Under the pieces are notes generated by a model. It saw only the letters and a program-made list of their open reading frames with translations. It was not told where the DNA came from and made no database searches. Below are positions 16,072 to 25,920 of a stretch of 30,893 nt of DNA, in pieces (position 1 is the first letter of the stretch; each line of letters starts with the position of its first letter). The DNA comes from Alphaproteobacteria bacterium (GTDB taxonomy: Bacteria > Pseudomonadota > Alphaproteobacteria > Micavibrionales > SZUA-601), in NCBI GenBank assembly GCA_028290805.1, contig JAQGJA010000098.1:1-30893 (forward strand), in the 5' to 3' direction. The position numbers and the translations under genes are program-made.

Positions 16072-18531
16072 ATGCTGGGGACCGACCCTTATAACCCGTC
16101 CCGTCCGTCTATGATCACTGAAAAATCCCTGACCATCCTGTCCCAGCTTGCGGGCACGGATGTAAGCGCAAGTGACGCAGAAAAGATCTTTCTGCAGGTC
16201 AATGCCGAAGGCGCTTTTGCGCCCGGGCCGATGGTGGCCAGCCTGATCGATGCGCTTTTGGCCCGTTACGGCGAAACGATGGTGTATGACGAAAAGGTCG
16301 AGCCCGTCTTTGCCGACATGCTGGCCCGCGACCGGCATACCGGTTATTACATCCACAGCGCCTTGCGCACGCTTTACCTGGACTTCGCCCTGACACGCGC
16401 CGCCTTGCCGGGGGAAGAAAACCGCAATTTCCTGGTGCTGGGCGATTACATGAATCTGTCCAGCGTCAATGACGCTATTGGGCGGGGCATGACCAATGAT
16501 TTAATGGCCACGATCTGCGGGATCTATCTGGACTGCATGATCCGCGCAGGCGTTGTGAACTGGCTGTATAACCGTTCGATGGGCGACGAAATCACCTTTA
16601 TCATCGTCGATACGCCCGAAGATAAAGTCAAAGCCGGGCTGGCCGAGGCCGATGCGATTACGGCGGAATTCGTCCAGGCCTTGGGGCTGGAGAGGTTGCG
16701 GCACAAGAAATATCCGGACCAGTCGGGTACTGGTTTGGTCACCGCCTATGTACCGCTGAAGGGGAATACCGACCGCAAGGCGTTGAAACAGCTTTTGGAT
16801 GAGGAAATCCAGGCGCGCAAAAAAGCGCACCGGAAAAAGAAATGGTTCGCCCTGAAGCGCCCCTCGATCGAGCCCGATCAGTACCACAACCGTTCTTCGG
16901 AACAGCGCGTCGATAAAGCGCTGCATAAATACAAACCCTATCGCACTGCGGCGCAAACCATCGCTGAAACCGATAACAAGATAGGGCCGCGTAATGTTTT
17001 GAACCCGGCAAAATCTTTGCTGGTCGGGCGGGCGATTGCCTGGCCGCGCGACGACCGGATCGAATATCTGCGCGCGCACCACGATAATTCCAAGATCATG
17101 CTGCGCGCCGATATTTATAACCTCAGCGGGCTGAACAGCGTGATGGGGCATGACGGCGCTGACCATATCAAGGCGCATCTGATCCGTATTTTATACAACA
17201 CGATCCAGGCGCATGACATTGCCGAACCGAAAATTTTCGATTGCGGCGGCGGCATTATCGACATCGTGATCAATATGCGCCCCCCGGACCAGCTGCACCG
17301 CCTGATCGCCACGATCCAGAGCAATATCCACCACCAGATTTTGTCCCTGTCGGTCGCCGGTTACGCCAGTTCCTATAACCTGTCTTTTTCGGGCCCTGGC
17401 AATATCCTGTTATCCGATTTGCCGCATCCGCGGATGGAGAATTTCGGCACGGGCCTGGCCATGGCGACGCATGTTGTCGAAACCTCACGCCTGCTGATGG
17501 AGATTATCGAGCGGCTGGACAAGATCACCCACCGCACCAAGATGCATGATTTTGCCTATCTTTGGGCTGACCGCGACAACCAGGTTTTCGCCCTGAAACT
17601 GAACCAGGCGCCCAATCCCGTCTTTATCGGCATCGACCGCAAGAACCCGGGACCGCATTACCTGCCTTTTACCGATGCCTTACGCCATTACATCCGGCCC
17701 AATGACCTGCCGGCGATTTTCGAGCGGCCGGTGGGCCAGATCTGCGAAACCTTGTTCGGCACCGATATGCAGGCGGTTTTGGGCTTTAAAAAAGCCATCC
17801 GCATGCTGCAGGACGAACAGGTCAGCGATGACGAGATTGACGCTATCCAATCTTATGCGGAAATGGACGAACGCCTGCGCGCCGCCAAATTGCCGCCGCT
17901 TTCGGTGGTCAGCACCCAGAACCGCCCGGCTTTGGTAAACAGCGCGCGCGGCTCGTTCCGCACGATGGCGCTGGCCGAAAAGCTTGAGGATTTGCCGGGG
18001 GCGGTGACCAACCTGATCCTGCAGGCCCAGGCCAGTTTCCGCACGCTGAAAATCATCCAGCCGCACGGGCATCTTTCCCCTGTCCAGGCACGCCAGGTCC
18101 TGGCCGAAGAACTGGCCGCAACGGCGAATGAAAACGAGGCAACTTCCGGACTGGTGACCGAAACGCTTTATGCCATGACCCGATTATTAGACCAGGTGAC
18201 GGCCACCCTGGACCGCAATTTGCCGGACGGGTTTCGCCGGGCGATGCGCGATCTGAGCCTGGAAATCCTGCGCAACCTGTCGCGCGAATTTAGCGCGGTG
18301 GGCGAAGAGATGTTGGCCGCCAAATTACAGGCTTATATCGCAGCGCAAAAGCCCGGGACGCTGGACCACGAGGCGGCTATTCGCCAGCTCCATAACGAAG
18401 CCGTTGATATGGTGGAAAAATTCAGGCGAAAAAACCTGGCCGAGGCAGGTTCACATGAAATATTACAACGCCGAATCGCCCGCATGCTGGAGGCGATAGT
18501 TGAATACCGCCCAAAGAAATACCGGGAATAA
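16072..18531 (+). CDS. Tandem divergent GGDEF-like (class III nucleotidyl cyclase fold) protein with an uncharacterised C-terminal region, 819 aa (alternative start 16111)
   Basis: Domain 1: RDRHTG...DYMNLSSVNDAIG...RSMGDEI. Domain 2: DIYNLSGLNSVMGHDGAD...DCGGGII. Both carry LxxLxH-x6/7-GTGL. Confidence 0.8.
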   Translation: MLGTDPYNPSRPSMITEKSLTILSQLAGTDVSASDAEKIFLQVNAEGAFAPGPMVASLIDALLARYGETMVYDEKVEPVFADMLARDRHTGYYIHSALRTLYLDFALTRAALPGEENRNFLVLGDYMNLSSVNDAIGRGMTNDLMATICGIYLDCMIRAGVVNWLYNRSMGDEITFIIVDTPEDKVKAGLAEADAITAEFVQALGLERLRHKKYPDQSGTGLVTAYVPLKGNTDRKALKQLLDEEIQARKKAHRKKKWFALKRPSIEPDQYHNRSSEQRVDKALHKYKPYRTAAQTIAETDNKIGPRNVLNPAKSLLVGRAIAWPRDDRIEYLRAHHDNSKIMLRADIYNLSGLNSVMGHDGADHIKAHLIRILYNTIQAHDIAEPKIFDCGGGIIDIVINMRPPDQLHRLIATIQSNIHHQILSLSVAGYASSYNLSFSGPGNILLSDLPHPRMENFGTGLAMATHVVETSRLLMEIIERLDKITHRTKMHDFAYLWADRDNQVFALKLNQAPNPVFIGIDRKNPGPHYLPFTDALRHYIRPNDLPAIFERPVGQICETLFGTDMQAVLGFKKAIRMLQDEQVSDDEIDAIQSYAEMDERLRAAKLPPLSVVSTQNRPALVNSARGSFRTMALAEKLEDLPGAVTNLILQAQASFRTLKIIQPHGHLSPVQARQVLAEELAATANENEATSGLVTETLYAMTRLLDQVTATLDRNLPDGFRRAMRDLSLEILRNLSREFSAVGEEMLAAKLQAYIAAQKPGTLDHEAAIRQLHNEAVDMVEKFRRKNLAEAGSHEILQRRIARMLEAIVEYRPKKYRE

Positions 18532-18657
18532 AAATGCCATGTCTTCCTTTAAATAACGGCGGAGCCGTGTTAGTATCGCTTATGAACCCATGGCCAGGCA
18601 TGCCTTTTTTAATAATACGAAGACAGGTCACGCAAAGACCGCAAGAGGCAGTACGTC

Positions 18658-19878
18658 ATGCTTGAGGTAAAACCCATCCGCAACCGCGCGCCCCAGGCGC
18701 TTGCCCCAACCACCGAGGACACGGTGCTGCTTCTGGCGCATATGGGACGCTGGCGCTGGGAAACCGGCAAGAAAGAAGTGCTGTTCTCCCCCGGCGTGTT
18801 CGAGATTTTCGAGCTGGACCAGGAGCGTTTTTTCCCCACGCTGCAAAGCCTGCGCGGCCTGATTTCCTCGCGCGATATGAGCCGGCTTTTCGTCACCATC
18901 AACCGCCTGATGCAGGATGCGCGCGAAGGCGTGGTCGATTTCACCCTGAAACATCCCGGCCGCCAGAATGTCGAATTTTTCGTCCGCTGCTATGTCTGTG
19001 TCGAAGTTGATCAGGACGGTGAAATCGGCGCTCTTTATGGCTTGCTCCAGGATATCACGCGCGACAAGCGCAACCAGGCCGCTTTGCAGCATGCCTTGGA
19101 AGAAAACGAAGCCGCCAATCGCGCGAAATCGCGTTTCCTGGCCACGATGAGCCATGAATTGCGCACGCCATTAAATGCGATTATCGGTTTTTCCGAAATG
19201 ATGCATGCCGAATTGCTGGGGCCTTTGGGCAACAAGCGCTATGTCGATTATGCCGGGTCGATCAATGAATCCGGGCGGTATTTACTGGACCTGATCAACG
19301 ATATACTGGACATGTCCAAAATCGAAGCCGGGAAATACGAATTGGTGCATGAACCGGTCAATGTGTCCAAGGCGATCCGCCTGGCCTGTCACATGGTCGA
19401 AAATACCGTGCGCGAAAAAGGCCTGAACCTGGCCTTTAAAAACCAGAACGAAACTGCCGTGATCGAAGCCGACAGACGGGCCTTTATGCAGATCATGCTG
19501 AATTTATTGTCCAACGCCGTGAAATTCACCGATACCGGCGGCTCGGTCGAGATCGGCATTCATGATGCTACCGATAACCGCATCGCCATTTCCGTGGCCG
19601 ATTCCGGCATCGGGATTCCGGCCGACAAACTCCACCGCATCGGCCAGCCGTTTGAACAGGTATCGTCGGCCATGGCACGCGGCCATAATGGCACGGGGCT
19701 TGGCCTGGCCATCACCAAAAAACTGGTCGAGATGCATGAAGGCGAACTCAAAATCAATTCCCTGTTCGGTCATGGCACGACGGTCACGGTATTATTGCCC
19801 GCCATGATTAACCAGAAACAATATGATCTGTTCAACGGCGGCAAACGCACACCGTCGCATTTTGACGGGGAGTTATGA
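18658..19878 (+). CDS. Cytoplasmic PAS + HisKA + HATPase histidine kinase, PleC/DivJ/PdhS-like
   Basis: PAS-PAC (GRWRWE...GLLQDIT), H-box SHELRTPLNAIIGFSE, DLINDILDMSKIEAG, NLLSNAVKFT, DSGIGI, GTGLGL, GHGTTV. No TM segment. Confidence 0.92.
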   Translation: MLEVKPIRNRAPQALAPTTEDTVLLLAHMGRWRWETGKKEVLFSPGVFEIFELDQERFFPTLQSLRGLISSRDMSRLFVTINRLMQDAREGVVDFTLKHPGRQNVEFFVRCYVCVEVDQDGEIGALYGLLQDITRDKRNQAALQHALEENEAANRAKSRFLATMSHELRTPLNAIIGFSEMMHAELLGPLGNKRYVDYAGSINESGRYLLDLINDILDMSKIEAGKYELVHEPVNVSKAIRLACHMVENTVREKGLNLAFKNQNETAVIEADRRAFMQIMLNLLSNAVKFTDTGGSVEIGIHDATDNRIAISVADSGIGIPADKLHRIGQPFEQVSSAMARGHNGTGLGLAITKKLVEMHEGELKINSLFGHGTTVTVLLPAMINQKQYDLFNGGKRTPSHFDGEL

Positions 19879-19890
19879 TATCGAACGCGC

Positions 19891-20820
19891 TTAAGCGACC
19901 TGTTGTTGCTGCCGTCGTTTGTACTGTTGAATCACAAAATTCTTGTAATGCCTGTCGACGTTTTCCGGTTCATAGGCTTCGACTGAAACATCGGCTGAGG
20001 ATTTATCCGCATCCCTGATAATAAGGGCGGCTCTGTTCTCAAAGAAAGAAACCTTGCTTAAAACATCTTTGTAGAATTTTATTTTCCTGACAGGCTCTTT
20101 GTTTTCAATCAGGTCAGGATTTTCTTTAAAATAGGCATCGATATTATTATGGATGGTAGTGCTTGCGGTATCATATACAGGAATATCCTGTAAAACCTGT
20201 TCGGCTTCTTCCAGATAATTCAAACGGAATTGTTCCAAAGCATCTCTTTTCAAGAGCGTTTCTTCGTAATTGGGCAGTTGTTCAGGCTGGATTTCCCTCT
20301 GTTCTACAAAAATGCTGTTTTCTGCAAACAGTTTTTTTGCCTGGGCTTTGGGCAAAACAGAATACCATTCGCCTGTCGCCGTATCAGTGGATTTTTGAAT
20401 GACAAGGCTGGGCTTATCCAGTTCCCACGAGGTATACGCCTTTGTCTTTTCGCAAATTTGAAGTTCTTTGCGCACAATGTCCAAAGTCTTTTTACGCTGC
20501 CAGGGCAAATTATTTACGTCCTTATAGACGAACTTTGCGTGGGGTTCCTTGTCTGATTTAGAGATTATCTCTTCCCGATAATCAATTTCTTTTTGCAAAA
20601 GATAATCATCAAGGCTGCGATAGGTTACCTGTTCAATCAAATCGTAAACGCGCATATCAAGAAGTTTATTTATGCGTAAAAGATTTTTTGTGCGTTGAAT
20701 TTCTTCTGCAATCTTCTGGTTTTTTTCATTTAAAAGAGGGTCATGCGGGTTGGAGTCAGATTCATCATCGAATAAAAAGGGGGTAATATCCGATTGAAGA
20801 TATTCGTCTTCCTGGTCCAT
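19891..20820 (-). CDS. Hypothetical protein, 309 aa, AT-rich orphan
   Basis: Long ORF with an AAGGAG SD; 18/60 GC at 20041-20100 versus 41/60 in rne at 3241-3300. Highly charged, no motif recognised. Confidence 0.8.
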   Translation of the reverse strand: MDQEDEYLQSDITPFLFDDESDSNPHDPLLNEKNQKIAEEIQRTKNLLRINKLLDMRVYDLIEQVTYRSLDDYLLQKEIDYREEIISKSDKEPHAKFVYKDVNNLPWQRKKTLDIVRKELQICEKTKAYTSWELDKPSLVIQKSTDTATGEWYSVLPKAQAKKLFAENSIFVEQREIQPEQLPNYEETLLKRDALEQFRLNYLEEAEQVLQDIPVYDTASTTIHNNIDAYFKENPDLIENKEPVRKIKFYKDVLSKVSFFENRAALIIRDADKSSADVSVEAYEPENVDRHYKNFVIQQYKRRQQQQVA

Positions 20821-20897
20821 GCATACTCCTTTAATATAGAATTATATGCTTTGTTATAATAAGCGATTCCGTTAAACATGCAACGAAGATATTATGC

Positions 20898-21572
20898 TTA
20901 AAAATCAATATCCGCATAATGCGCCACCGGGGCCGCGCCGGGGATATGATCTTCCAGCAGCTGGCGGAAGGACGGGCGGGATTTGACGCGGGCGTACCAG
21001 TCGCGGGCGTCCTTGTGCTGGTCCCATGGCACGTCGCCGATATAATCGACGGCCGAGAGATGCGAGGCCGCGGTGATATCAGCGATCGAGAAATTTTCGC
21101 CGGCCAGCCATTTGCGGCGCGCAACCAGATAGGAAATATAATCCAAATGGTAATGAATGTTGGAATGGCCGGCGCGTATTTTCTGGCCGTCGGGCTGGCC
21201 CATCTTTAAAAAGCGCTTCATCATTTTTTCGCCGACCAGGTATTCAGTAACCTCGTCGTTGAATTTGCGGTCGAACCAGGCGGTCAGGCGGCCGATTTCG
21301 ATCCGTTCGGCCAAAGTGGTGCCCAATAATTTGCGCTCGGGGTATTTTTCGTCCAAGTAAACCGTGATGGTATGCGCATCGATCACAATGGTGCCGTCGA
21401 CATCGATCAGGACCGGGACCTCGCCGCTGGGGTTCATTTTCAAAAAGTCGCGGCGGCGTTCCCAGACTTTTTCCACCTTAAGTTCGAAATCCAGTTTCTT
21501 TTCGGCCAATGCCAGGCGCACTTTGCGGCAAAACGGGGACAACCAAAGCTGGTAAAGTACGCGCTGTGTCAT
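20898..21572 (-). CDS. fzlA: FtsZ-binding GST-like protein FzlA
   Basis: SPFCRKVRLALAEK, NPSGEVPVL, WFDRKFNDEV, EKMMKRFL, WLAG...ADITAASHLS..DY.GDVPW, KSRPSFR and C-terminal HYADIDF, matching the Caulobacter FzlA pattern. Confidence 0.88.
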   Translation of the reverse strand: MTQRVLYQLWLSPFCRKVRLALAEKKLDFELKVEKVWERRRDFLKMNPSGEVPVLIDVDGTIVIDAHTITVYLDEKYPERKLLGTTLAERIEIGRLTAWFDRKFNDEVTEYLVGEKMMKRFLKMGQPDGQKIRAGHSNIHYHLDYISYLVARRKWLAGENFSIADITAASHLSAVDYIGDVPWDQHKDARDWYARVKSRPSFRQLLEDHIPGAAPVAHYADIDF

Positions 21573-21762
21573 CCGGGTTTTTTGTCCTTTTTATTATCCG
21601 CCGACTCTGCGGACGGGCTTTTTTAGTACAGTATCACGAGTTTAACGGGCTGGACAAAGAAAAACGTCGCTGCAGATGCATAATGGCGCAAGGCAACAGG
21701 ATCCTTTATGCAGCGACACAAAACGATGCCATGTTTCAAATGCTTAGCCCGCAAAAAAAGCC

Positions 21763-22572
21763 TTAACGATTCAGGTTAAGGATGCTGTTGGATGTCGTCC
21801 CTGTCTGGGGCGCGCCGGCCGGTGTGGCGACCGGTACAGGCACGACCACCGGAACGGCAACGGCCGTCGCGGTAGCGGGAATCGCCAAAGGCCGTGTCCC
21901 GTTCGGCATTGGCGGGCCTGAAGCGACAGGGCCGGTAACGACGGGGGCAGGCTGGACCGATTGCGCGCTGGCGTCATTAGCTTCGGCTTCGATTTGCAGC
22001 GTCACTTCATCGCCAACATCCGGCAACAAGGTGCGGATGCCGAAATCGGAACGGTTGATTTTGCCCGTCGCGCTAAAGCCCAAAGAATTGGCGCGGGCAT
22101 AACGGTTCATGCCCTGACGGTTGAATTTCACCTGCAGGGTAACCGGGCGGGTCATTCCATGCAGGGTCAGGTCGCCCGTGACGTCACCGGTGGCGGGGCC
22201 GGTTCTTTGCACCCGGGTGCTTTTAAAGGTGATGGTGGGAAAACGCTGTGTGTCGAAATATTGCGGCCCCTGCAGCGTATTATCCAGAACGGACTGGTCC
22301 ATGCTGAGGCTGGTGGCGTCGATGGTGACGTCGACGCTGGAATTTTGCACGTCGTCGACGTTGAAATTGATCGTCCCGGTCGCTTTGTTGAAATGGCCCA
22401 TGAAGCGGGAAAAGCCCAGATGGCTGATGAAATAAATGACGCGCGTATGGTTGGGGTCGATTTTATAGGCTTTTTGCACCGGGGAAGCAGGGGCAGCCAA
22501 AGCGGGAACCGAAAAGGCCAAAAGCGCCGAAACGGTCAAAGAGGCAAAAAATGTCAGAAAAAACCGGTGCAT
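21763..22572 (-). CDS. YceI-family lipid/polyisoprenoid-binding periplasmic protein with Pro/Ala/Val-rich tail; start re-called at 22572 (269 aa)
   Basis: Signal peptide MHRFFLTFFASLTVSALLAFSVPALA, IDPNHT, HLGFS, FDTQRFPTITFKS, GDLTLHGMTRPV, GFSATGKINRSDFGI. GGAG SD. Confidence 0.9.
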   Translation of the reverse strand: MHRFFLTFFASLTVSALLAFSVPALAAPASPVQKAYKIDPNHTRVIYFISHLGFSRFMGHFNKATGTINFNVDDVQNSSVDVTIDATSLSMDQSVLDNTLQGPQYFDTQRFPTITFKSTRVQRTGPATGDVTGDLTLHGMTRPVTLQVKFNRQGMNRYARANSLGFSATGKINRSDFGIRTLLPDVGDEVTLQIEAEANDASAQSVQPAPVVTGPVASGPPMPNGTRPLAIPATATAVAVPVVVPVPVATPAGAPQTGTTSNSILNLNR

Positions 22573-22641
22573 ACTTGTCTCCACGCCTGTTTCGCTTAAA
22601 ATGAAAAGGATAAAAATATCCTGTAGATATCTTGGAGCACA

Positions 22642-23226
22642 ATGCCCGCTGAAACAACTCCTTTTTCGCAAGGCGACAGCCTTAAAGGCAAGATCCTGAT
22701 CGCTATGCCCGACATGGCCGATCCGCGTTTCAGCCACGGCGTTATCGTCATGCTGGAACACGGGCCCGACGGGGCGATGGGCGTCATGATCAACAAGCCC
22801 CTGGAAGCGGTCCAGTTTTCCGATTTGCTGGACCAGCTTGAGATCAAGGTAACCGCACCGGATATCGAGAATTATCCCGTTTATTTCGGTGGCCCGGTTG
22901 AGATCGGGCGCGGCTTTGTCCTGCATAGCCGCGATCTGCTGCTGGCGCATAGCCTGGTCCTGCCGCCTATCGGCATTACGACCTCGCTGGATATGCTGGG
23001 GCGCCTGGCCCAGGGCAAGGGACCGGAAAAAAGCCTGTTCTGCCTGGGCTATACCGGCTGGACCGCAGGGCAGCTGGATGAAGAAATCAAACAGAATGCC
23101 TGGCTGCATGCGCCGCTCAAGGCCGATGTGTTGTTCAATGTGCCGGTAGAAAAACGCTGGGATGCCGCAATGGCGCTAGTCGGGATTGACCCTGATCATT
23201 TATCCGCCGTTTCAGGCCATGCATAA
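22642..23226 (+). CDS. yqgE: YqgE/AlgH (DUF179) family protein
   Basis: LIAMPDMADPRF, GAMGVMINKP, GGPVEIGRGFVLHS, LGYTGWTAGQLDEEIKQNAWL, SAVSGHA. Confidence 0.93.
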   Translation: MPAETTPFSQGDSLKGKILIAMPDMADPRFSHGVIVMLEHGPDGAMGVMINKPLEAVQFSDLLDQLEIKVTAPDIENYPVYFGGPVEIGRGFVLHSRDLLLAHSLVLPPIGITTSLDMLGRLAQGKGPEKSLFCLGYTGWTAGQLDEEIKQNAWLHAPLKADVLFNVPVEKRWDAAMALVGIDPDHLSAVSGHA

Positions 23227-23317
23227 AATAATTTCGAAATAACTTGCGTTTTCTGACAAATACACTTATCTAGTCGGGGCAACCAGATTCGGTTAAACAC
23301 CAAACCCCGAGGTTGCC

Positions 23318-23509
23318 ATGGTCCATCAGACGACAGAAATCCTTATTGAGAATTCCCAGACAATTTCCGAAAAGCCTGTTGAGCAGGATGTCGCAAGCCG
23401 TCTGCGCACGGCTTACAGTAAATTTTACAGTGAAAATGTGCTTCTGACAGGTGCTGCGCCTGTGGCGCGGCCGCAGAAGATAAACCCCCTCCAGTGTGGC
23501 CATAATTAA
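23318..23509 (+). CDS. Candidate small protein, 63 aa
   Basis: GAGG SD 5 nt upstream; fills the gap between yqgE and the terminator at 23526. No family recognised. Confidence 0.4.
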   Translation: MVHQTTEILIENSQTISEKPVEQDVASRLRTAYSKFYSENVLLTGAAPVARPQKINPLQCGHN

Positions 23510-23525
23510 TTTGTGATTTTTGTAT

Positions 23526-23556
23526 AAGCCGGGAAGCCTGATCTCCCCGGCTTTTT
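23526..23556. terminator. Intrinsic terminator between the plus-strand genes and clpA
   Basis: AAGCCGGG...CCCGGCTT-TTT, an 8-bp stem with a plus-strand U-tract. Confidence 0.7.
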
Positions 23557-23557
23557 A

Positions 23558-25918
23558 TTACACCAGTTCCTTGATCTTTTTCGCCCGTGGCTTGCGCGGT
23601 GCTTTTGCGGCGGGTGTTTTTTCCTTTGGCTTGCGCAAGGGGATGATCTTGAAATCAAGCTTATCCTCTTTCAGCGCGATATGAACCTCACCACCATTCA
23701 CTAATTGGCCGAACAGCAACTCGTCGATCAATGGTTTTTTCACCTGGGCATCAATTACGCGGGCCAAAGGCCGTGCGCCCATCGCGCGGTCATAGCCTTT
23801 TGCCGCCAGCCACAACCGGGCTTCGGATGTAAGCGAGAAAGTGACGTTTTTATCGGTCAGCTGCTCTTCCAGTTTGACGATGAATTTATCCACGACATGC
23901 GCCACGGTTTCGGGGCTGAGGTGACCGAAGGGCACAATGGCATCCAGGCGGTTGCGGAATTCGGGCGTGAAGAAACGCTTGATGGCTTCATTGTCTTCTG
24001 CCGCATCCTGAGCCTTGCTGCCAAAACCCAGCGGCGCTTTTTCCATTTCGGCGGCGCCGGCATTGGTGGTCATGATCAGGATAAGGTTGCGGCAATCGAC
24101 CGTCTTGCCATTGGCATCGGTGATGCGGCCGTAATCCATGACCTGGAGCAGGATATTGAAGACATCCGGATGGGCTTTTTCGACTTCATCCAATAATAAG
24201 ACGGCATGCGGATGCTGGTCGACGGCATCGGTCAACAGACCGCCCTGGTCAAAGCCGACATAGCCGGGGGGCGCCCCAAGCAGGCGGGAAACGGAATGTT
24301 TCTCCATATATTCGGACATGTCGAAACGCTGGAAATGAATGCCCAATATGTGCGCCAGCTGTTTGGCGATCTCGGTCTTGCCGACGCCGGTGGGCCCTGC
24401 GAACAAATAGGAACCGGTCGGCTTTTCCGGGTCGCGCAATCCAGCGCGGGCCATCTTGATCGCCATGGCTAAGGTTTCGACGGCTTTATCCTGGCCGAAA
24501 ACCAGGCGTTTCAGGTCGGTTTCCAGGTTTTTCAGCGCGGCTTTGTCATCGGCGCTGATCTGGTTCACGGGGACGCGGGCGATTTTGGCGATGACGGTTT
24601 CAATGTCATGCACGTTGATGACCGTATGGCGCTTGTCGGCGGGCAATATTTTTTGCGCTGCACCCGCTTCGTCCAGGACGTCGATGGCTTTATCCGGCAA
24701 TTTGCGGTCGGAAATATAGCGCACCGACAGATCGACGGCGGCCTTGATGGCATCGGAGGTAAAGGAAATCCCGTGAAACGCTTCGTAATACCCTTTCAGC
24801 CCTTCCAGTATCTGTTTGGCTTCGCTGGGCGAGGGTTCGGAAATATCGACTTTTTGAAAACGGCGGACAAGGGCGCGGTCTTTTTCAAAATACTGGCGGT
24901 ATTCTTTATAGGTTGTGGAACCGATCGTGCGCAATTTGCCACGCGATAAAGCGGGCTTGAGCAAGTTCGAGGCATCCATTGATCCGCCCGAGGTGGAACC
25001 CGCGCCAATAATGGTGTGGATTTCATCGATAAACAGCACGGAACCGGGCGTGTTTTCCAGCTCGGTAATCACCGCTTTTAACCGTTCCTCAAAATCGCCT
25101 CGATAGCGCGTCCCGGCCAGCAATGCGCCCATATCCAGGGAAAAAATCACGCCGTTTTTCAGGACATCGGGCACATCGTTATCGACGATGCGCTTGGCCA
25201 GCCCCTCGGCAATGGCGGTTTTGCCGACGCCGGGATCGCCGACATAAAGGGGATTATTCTTGGAACGGCGGCAAAGGATCTGGATCGTACGCTCGACTTC
25301 GCTGGCGCGGCCGATCAGTTTGTCGATATCGCCTTTTTGCGCTTTTTCATTCAGGTTGACGCAATAGGATTTCAGCGCATCCATCGGTTTTTGCGCGGTG
25401 GGATCCGCTTCGCGCGGTTCATCGCGCGAGGTATTGGGTTGTTGCGCCTGGCGCGCGCCTTTTACCGGGCGCTCTTCCATATGGGCGGCGTTTTTGGCGA
25501 TGCCGTGCGAGATGAAATTCACTGCGTCGAATCGTGTCATATCCTGTTCCTGCAGGAAGAAAACGGCATGCGATTCGCGCTCGGAAAACAGGGCGATCAG
25601 CACATTGGCCCCGGTGACTTCGGCGCGGCCGGATGATTGCACGTGGATGGCGGCGCGCTGCAGTACGCGCTGGAAAGAAGAGGTGGGTTTGGCTTCGCCC
25701 GAATCACTGGTCAGGCCTTCAAGCTCGTTATCGACAAAATCGGTCAGCTCCTGGCGCAATTCGTCGATATCGACGCCGCAGGCGCGCAATACGGCAACGG
25801 CATCGCTGTCATCCATCAGGGAAAGAAGAAGATGTTCGAGCGTCGAAAATTCATGGCGCCTGGTATTGGCATGGGCCAAGGCACGGTGCAGGGTTTTTTC
25901 CAGTTCCGGAGACAGCAT
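23558..25918 (-). CDS. clpA: ATP-dependent Clp protease ATP-binding subunit ClpA; start re-called at 25918
   Basis: [14 protein letters not shown]...[10 protein letters not shown], two Walker A motifs ([16 protein letters not shown]), [15 protein letters not shown]. No ClpB middle domain; adjacent to clpS. Confidence 0.96.
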   Translation of the reverse strand: MLSPELEKTLHRALAHANTRRHEFSTLEHLLLSLMDDSDAVAVLRACGVDIDELRQELTDFVDNELEGLTSDSGEAKPTSSFQRVLQRAAIHVQSSGRAEVTGANVLIALFSERESHAVFFLQEQDMTRFDAVNFISHGIAKNAAHMEERPVKGARQAQQPNTSRDEPREADPTAQKPMDALKSYCVNLNEKAQKGDIDKLIGRASEVERTIQILCRRSKNNPLYVGDPGVGKTAIAEGLAKRIVDNDVPDVLKNGVIFSLDMGALLAGTRYRGDFEERLKAVITELENTPGSVLFIDEIHTIIGAGSTSGGSMDASNLLKPALSRGKLRTIGSTTYKEYRQYFEKDRALVRRFQKVDISEPSPSEAKQILEGLKGYYEAFHGISFTSDAIKAAVDLSVRYISDRKLPDKAIDVLDEAGAAQKILPADKRHTVINVHDIETVIAKIARVPVNQISADDKAALKNLETDLKRLVFGQDKAVETLAMAIKMARAGLRDPEKPTGSYLFAGPTGVGKTEIAKQLAHILGIHFQRFDMSEYMEKHSVSRLLGAPPGYVGFDQGGLLTDAVDQHPHAVLLLDEVEKAHPDVFNILLQVMDYGRITDANGKTVDCRNLILIMTTNAGAAEMEKAPLGFGSKAQDAAEDNEAIKRFFTPEFRNRLDAIVPFGHLSPETVAHVVDKFIVKLEEQLTDKNVTFSLTSEARLWLAAKGYDRAMGARPLARVIDAQVKKPLIDELLFGQLVNGGEVHIALKEDKLDFKIIPLRKPKEKTPAAKAPRKPRAKKIKELV

Positions 25919-25920
25919 TA

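Noticed and set aside
16072-18531. Cas10/CRISPR polymerase, mCpol or GTP cyclohydrolase III identity for the 819-aa protein
   Set aside because: No GGDD or GGDN motif, no HD domain, and no cas genes or array in the window. The DxxxxxxxN..G and DxxTG pattern fits GGDEF better.
22573-23109. 179-aa N-terminal extension of the YceI ORF (448 aa in the track)
   Set aside because: Antisense to yqgE; the signal peptide and SD place the true start at 22572.
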